Shown here one piece after another: positions 62,521 through 64,000 of a stretch of DNA of 64,000 nt. Made by a program: the position numbers and the translations under genes. The stretch comes from Candidatus Poribacteria bacterium (lineage in GTDB: Bacteria; Poribacteria; WGA-4E; WGA-3G). The first letter of the stretch is position 1; every line of letters begins with the position of its first letter. Below the pieces are notes generated by a model. That model was given only the letters and a program-made list of their open reading frames with translations. It did no database searches and was not told the origin of the DNA. Location of the stretch: the NCBI GenBank assembly GCA_963665235.2, contig CAXXLX010000002.1:160001-224000 (forward strand). Reading direction: 5' to 3'.

Positions 62521-64000
62521 ATGAATACTCGTATTAGAACTAGTTTTTTGTTTTTCATGTTTACGTTTTTGATGTGCGTCAGTTCGTTTTTCCTAACAGA
62601 CACCGAGGCACAAGTCGGCATTGCACCGGTTGCCGCCACACAGGTCAACATTACCCCGGTTGATGCACCCGATGACTCCACCTATACTTTTGAAAGCATT
62701 GAAGTTGAGGGTGTGGATTTTTTAGCGGTGACAGCGAGTAGCGATTTTGGCGATTACGCCGGCTACACGAAAAATGCTGATGGTAAAGAGATTGCCTTTA
62801 CTATCATTGATGGCGTGTTTACGACTTACGATTTCCCCGACGCACAGAAAACCCGTTTCTATGCACTTGGGAATAACGGACAAGCGGCCGGCTACTACGT
62901 GGATAGCGAGGGTCGCCACCGGGGGGTCGTTTTGACGACAGCCGGTGAGTTGCAAGAGTATGATTTTCCAGGCTCTGTCGAAACCGAGATATGGGGCATT
63001 AGTGATTCAACGGGGAACCTGACAGGTAATTTCAAAGATGCATCTGGGGTGCGCCGTGGGTTCTCGGGTAACCAAATAATCGAGCCCCCCGGGGCAACGG
63101 AAACTTATGCAGATTTCGCAAACTTGCTAGGCGTTGTCGCGGGCAGCTACGTGGATGCTGAAGGGGTATACCGTCCCTATGGACTTCTCCCGACCGGCGA
63201 TTTTGTAAGTCCTGAGCCTCTTATAAGTCCTGAGCCTCCAGCCCCAATAAATTGGGAGTATTTTTTTGTGCACGGCCTCACCGATGCGATTGTTATTGTG
63301 GCTCGAGGGAAGGCCGTGGGGGATGTTCCGCGCACTTATGTCGGCACATTAGGAGTACTCCATGAAGTCCAGTTCCCGGGTGCCGTTAGCACGGAGGGCT
63401 GGAATATCAATCAGGACAACTCCATCGTGGGATACTATGATTTAGCAGATGGCCGCAGACACGGATTCATCGCAAAACCTGTCCGGGATGATGGTGTTCC
63501 CGATGACGCGCCTACTGAATTAAACTATACCTTTGAGAGTATTGATGTGCCGGGTGTAGACTTTTTAGAGTTGACAGCGAGTTCCGATTTTGAGGATTAC
63601 GCCGGTAACACGAAAAGTGCGGATGGTCAAAAAACAGTCGGTTTTACGCTCATCAATGGTGTCTTTAAAACCTACGATTTCCCGGGTGCAAAGAATACTT
63701 ATTTCTATGCCCTTGGGAATAATGGGAATGCTGCCGGACACTACGAGGATAGCGAAGGTAAGCACCACGGTATCGTCTTAGAAAATGGCGAATTGCGGCA
63801 ATACGATTTTCCAGAATCTGTTGAAACGGAGATATACGGGATTAGCGATGCGACCGGTGCACTGACAGGGAATTTTATAGGGACTGATGGCATTCGCCGC
63901 GGATTCTCAGGGGAAATAGTCGTTGAGGTCCCCGGGGTACCAGAAACTTTTGCGGATTTCATAAACGCGGAAGGCGTTATGGTCGGCAGTTACGTAGATG
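62521..64000 (+). CDS. Secreted repeat protein paralog 4 (runs off window)
   Basis: MNTRIRTSFLF start, same modules; absent from the ORF track because no stop falls in the window. Confidence 0.85.
   Translation, partial: MNTRIRTSFLFFMFTFLMCVSSFFLTDTEAQVGIAPVAATQVNITPVDAPDDSTYTFESIEVEGVDFLAVTASSDFGDYAGYTKNADGKEIAFTIIDGVFTTYDFPDAQKTRFYALGNNGQAAGYYVDSEGRHRGVVLTTAGELQEYDFPGSVETEIWGISDSTGNLTGNFKDASGVRRGFSGNQIIEPPGATETYADFANLLGVVAGSYVDAEGVYRPYGLLPTGDFVSPEPLISPEPPAPINWEYFFVHGLTDAIVIVARGKAVGDVPRTYVGTLGVLHEVQFPGAVSTEGWNINQDNSIVGYYDLADGRRHGFIAKPVRDDGVPDDAPTELNYTFESIDVPGVDFLELTASSDFEDYAGNTKSADGQKTVGFTLINGVFKTYDFPGAKNTYFYALGNNGNAAGHYEDSEGKHHGIVLENGELRQYDFPESVETEIYGISDATGALTGNFIGTDGIRRGFSGEIVVEVPGVPETFADFINAEGVMVGSYVD

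Noticed and set aside
52746-64000. Diversity-generating retroelement
   Set aside because: No reverse transcriptase in the window, and differences are not adenine-specific

Overview
Bacterial genomic DNA whose gene content suggests Candidatus Poribacteria or a relative. This is inferred from WD40, LamG, PhyH, VCBS and NYPNPFNPETW-tail secreted proteins. Left end: a type I-B (Cst/Tneap-like) cas operon on the minus strand, cas6-cas8-cas7-cas5-cas3 start. Cas8 carries about 5 frameshifts but keeps an intact internal cas11 start. No CRISPR array is in the window. The middle holds metabolic and envelope genes (BatB/C/D-like, PhyH x2, ApbC, LivK/H/M, GlpD, DegT, Wza/Wzc, RfaE/GmhB) and decayed defence or mobile genes (rpn, fused type III mod/res, IS630). 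Two non-autonomous IS200/IS605-type OMEGA elements are present: isrB, which interrupts a LamG gene, and tnpB. Their end hairpins are homologous and their guide/cleavage tetranucleotides covary. The right end has four mosaic paralogous secreted repeat proteins. The most unusual signal is the intergenic repeat content: GTAG-type REP hairpins, heptamer elements and at least four MITE families. REP units repeatedly sit where DNA has been deleted (IS630 fossil, rpn, MITE interiors, and in frame inside CDSs), suggesting a REP-driven deletion-and-replacement process. All calls come from reading the sequence; no searches were run.
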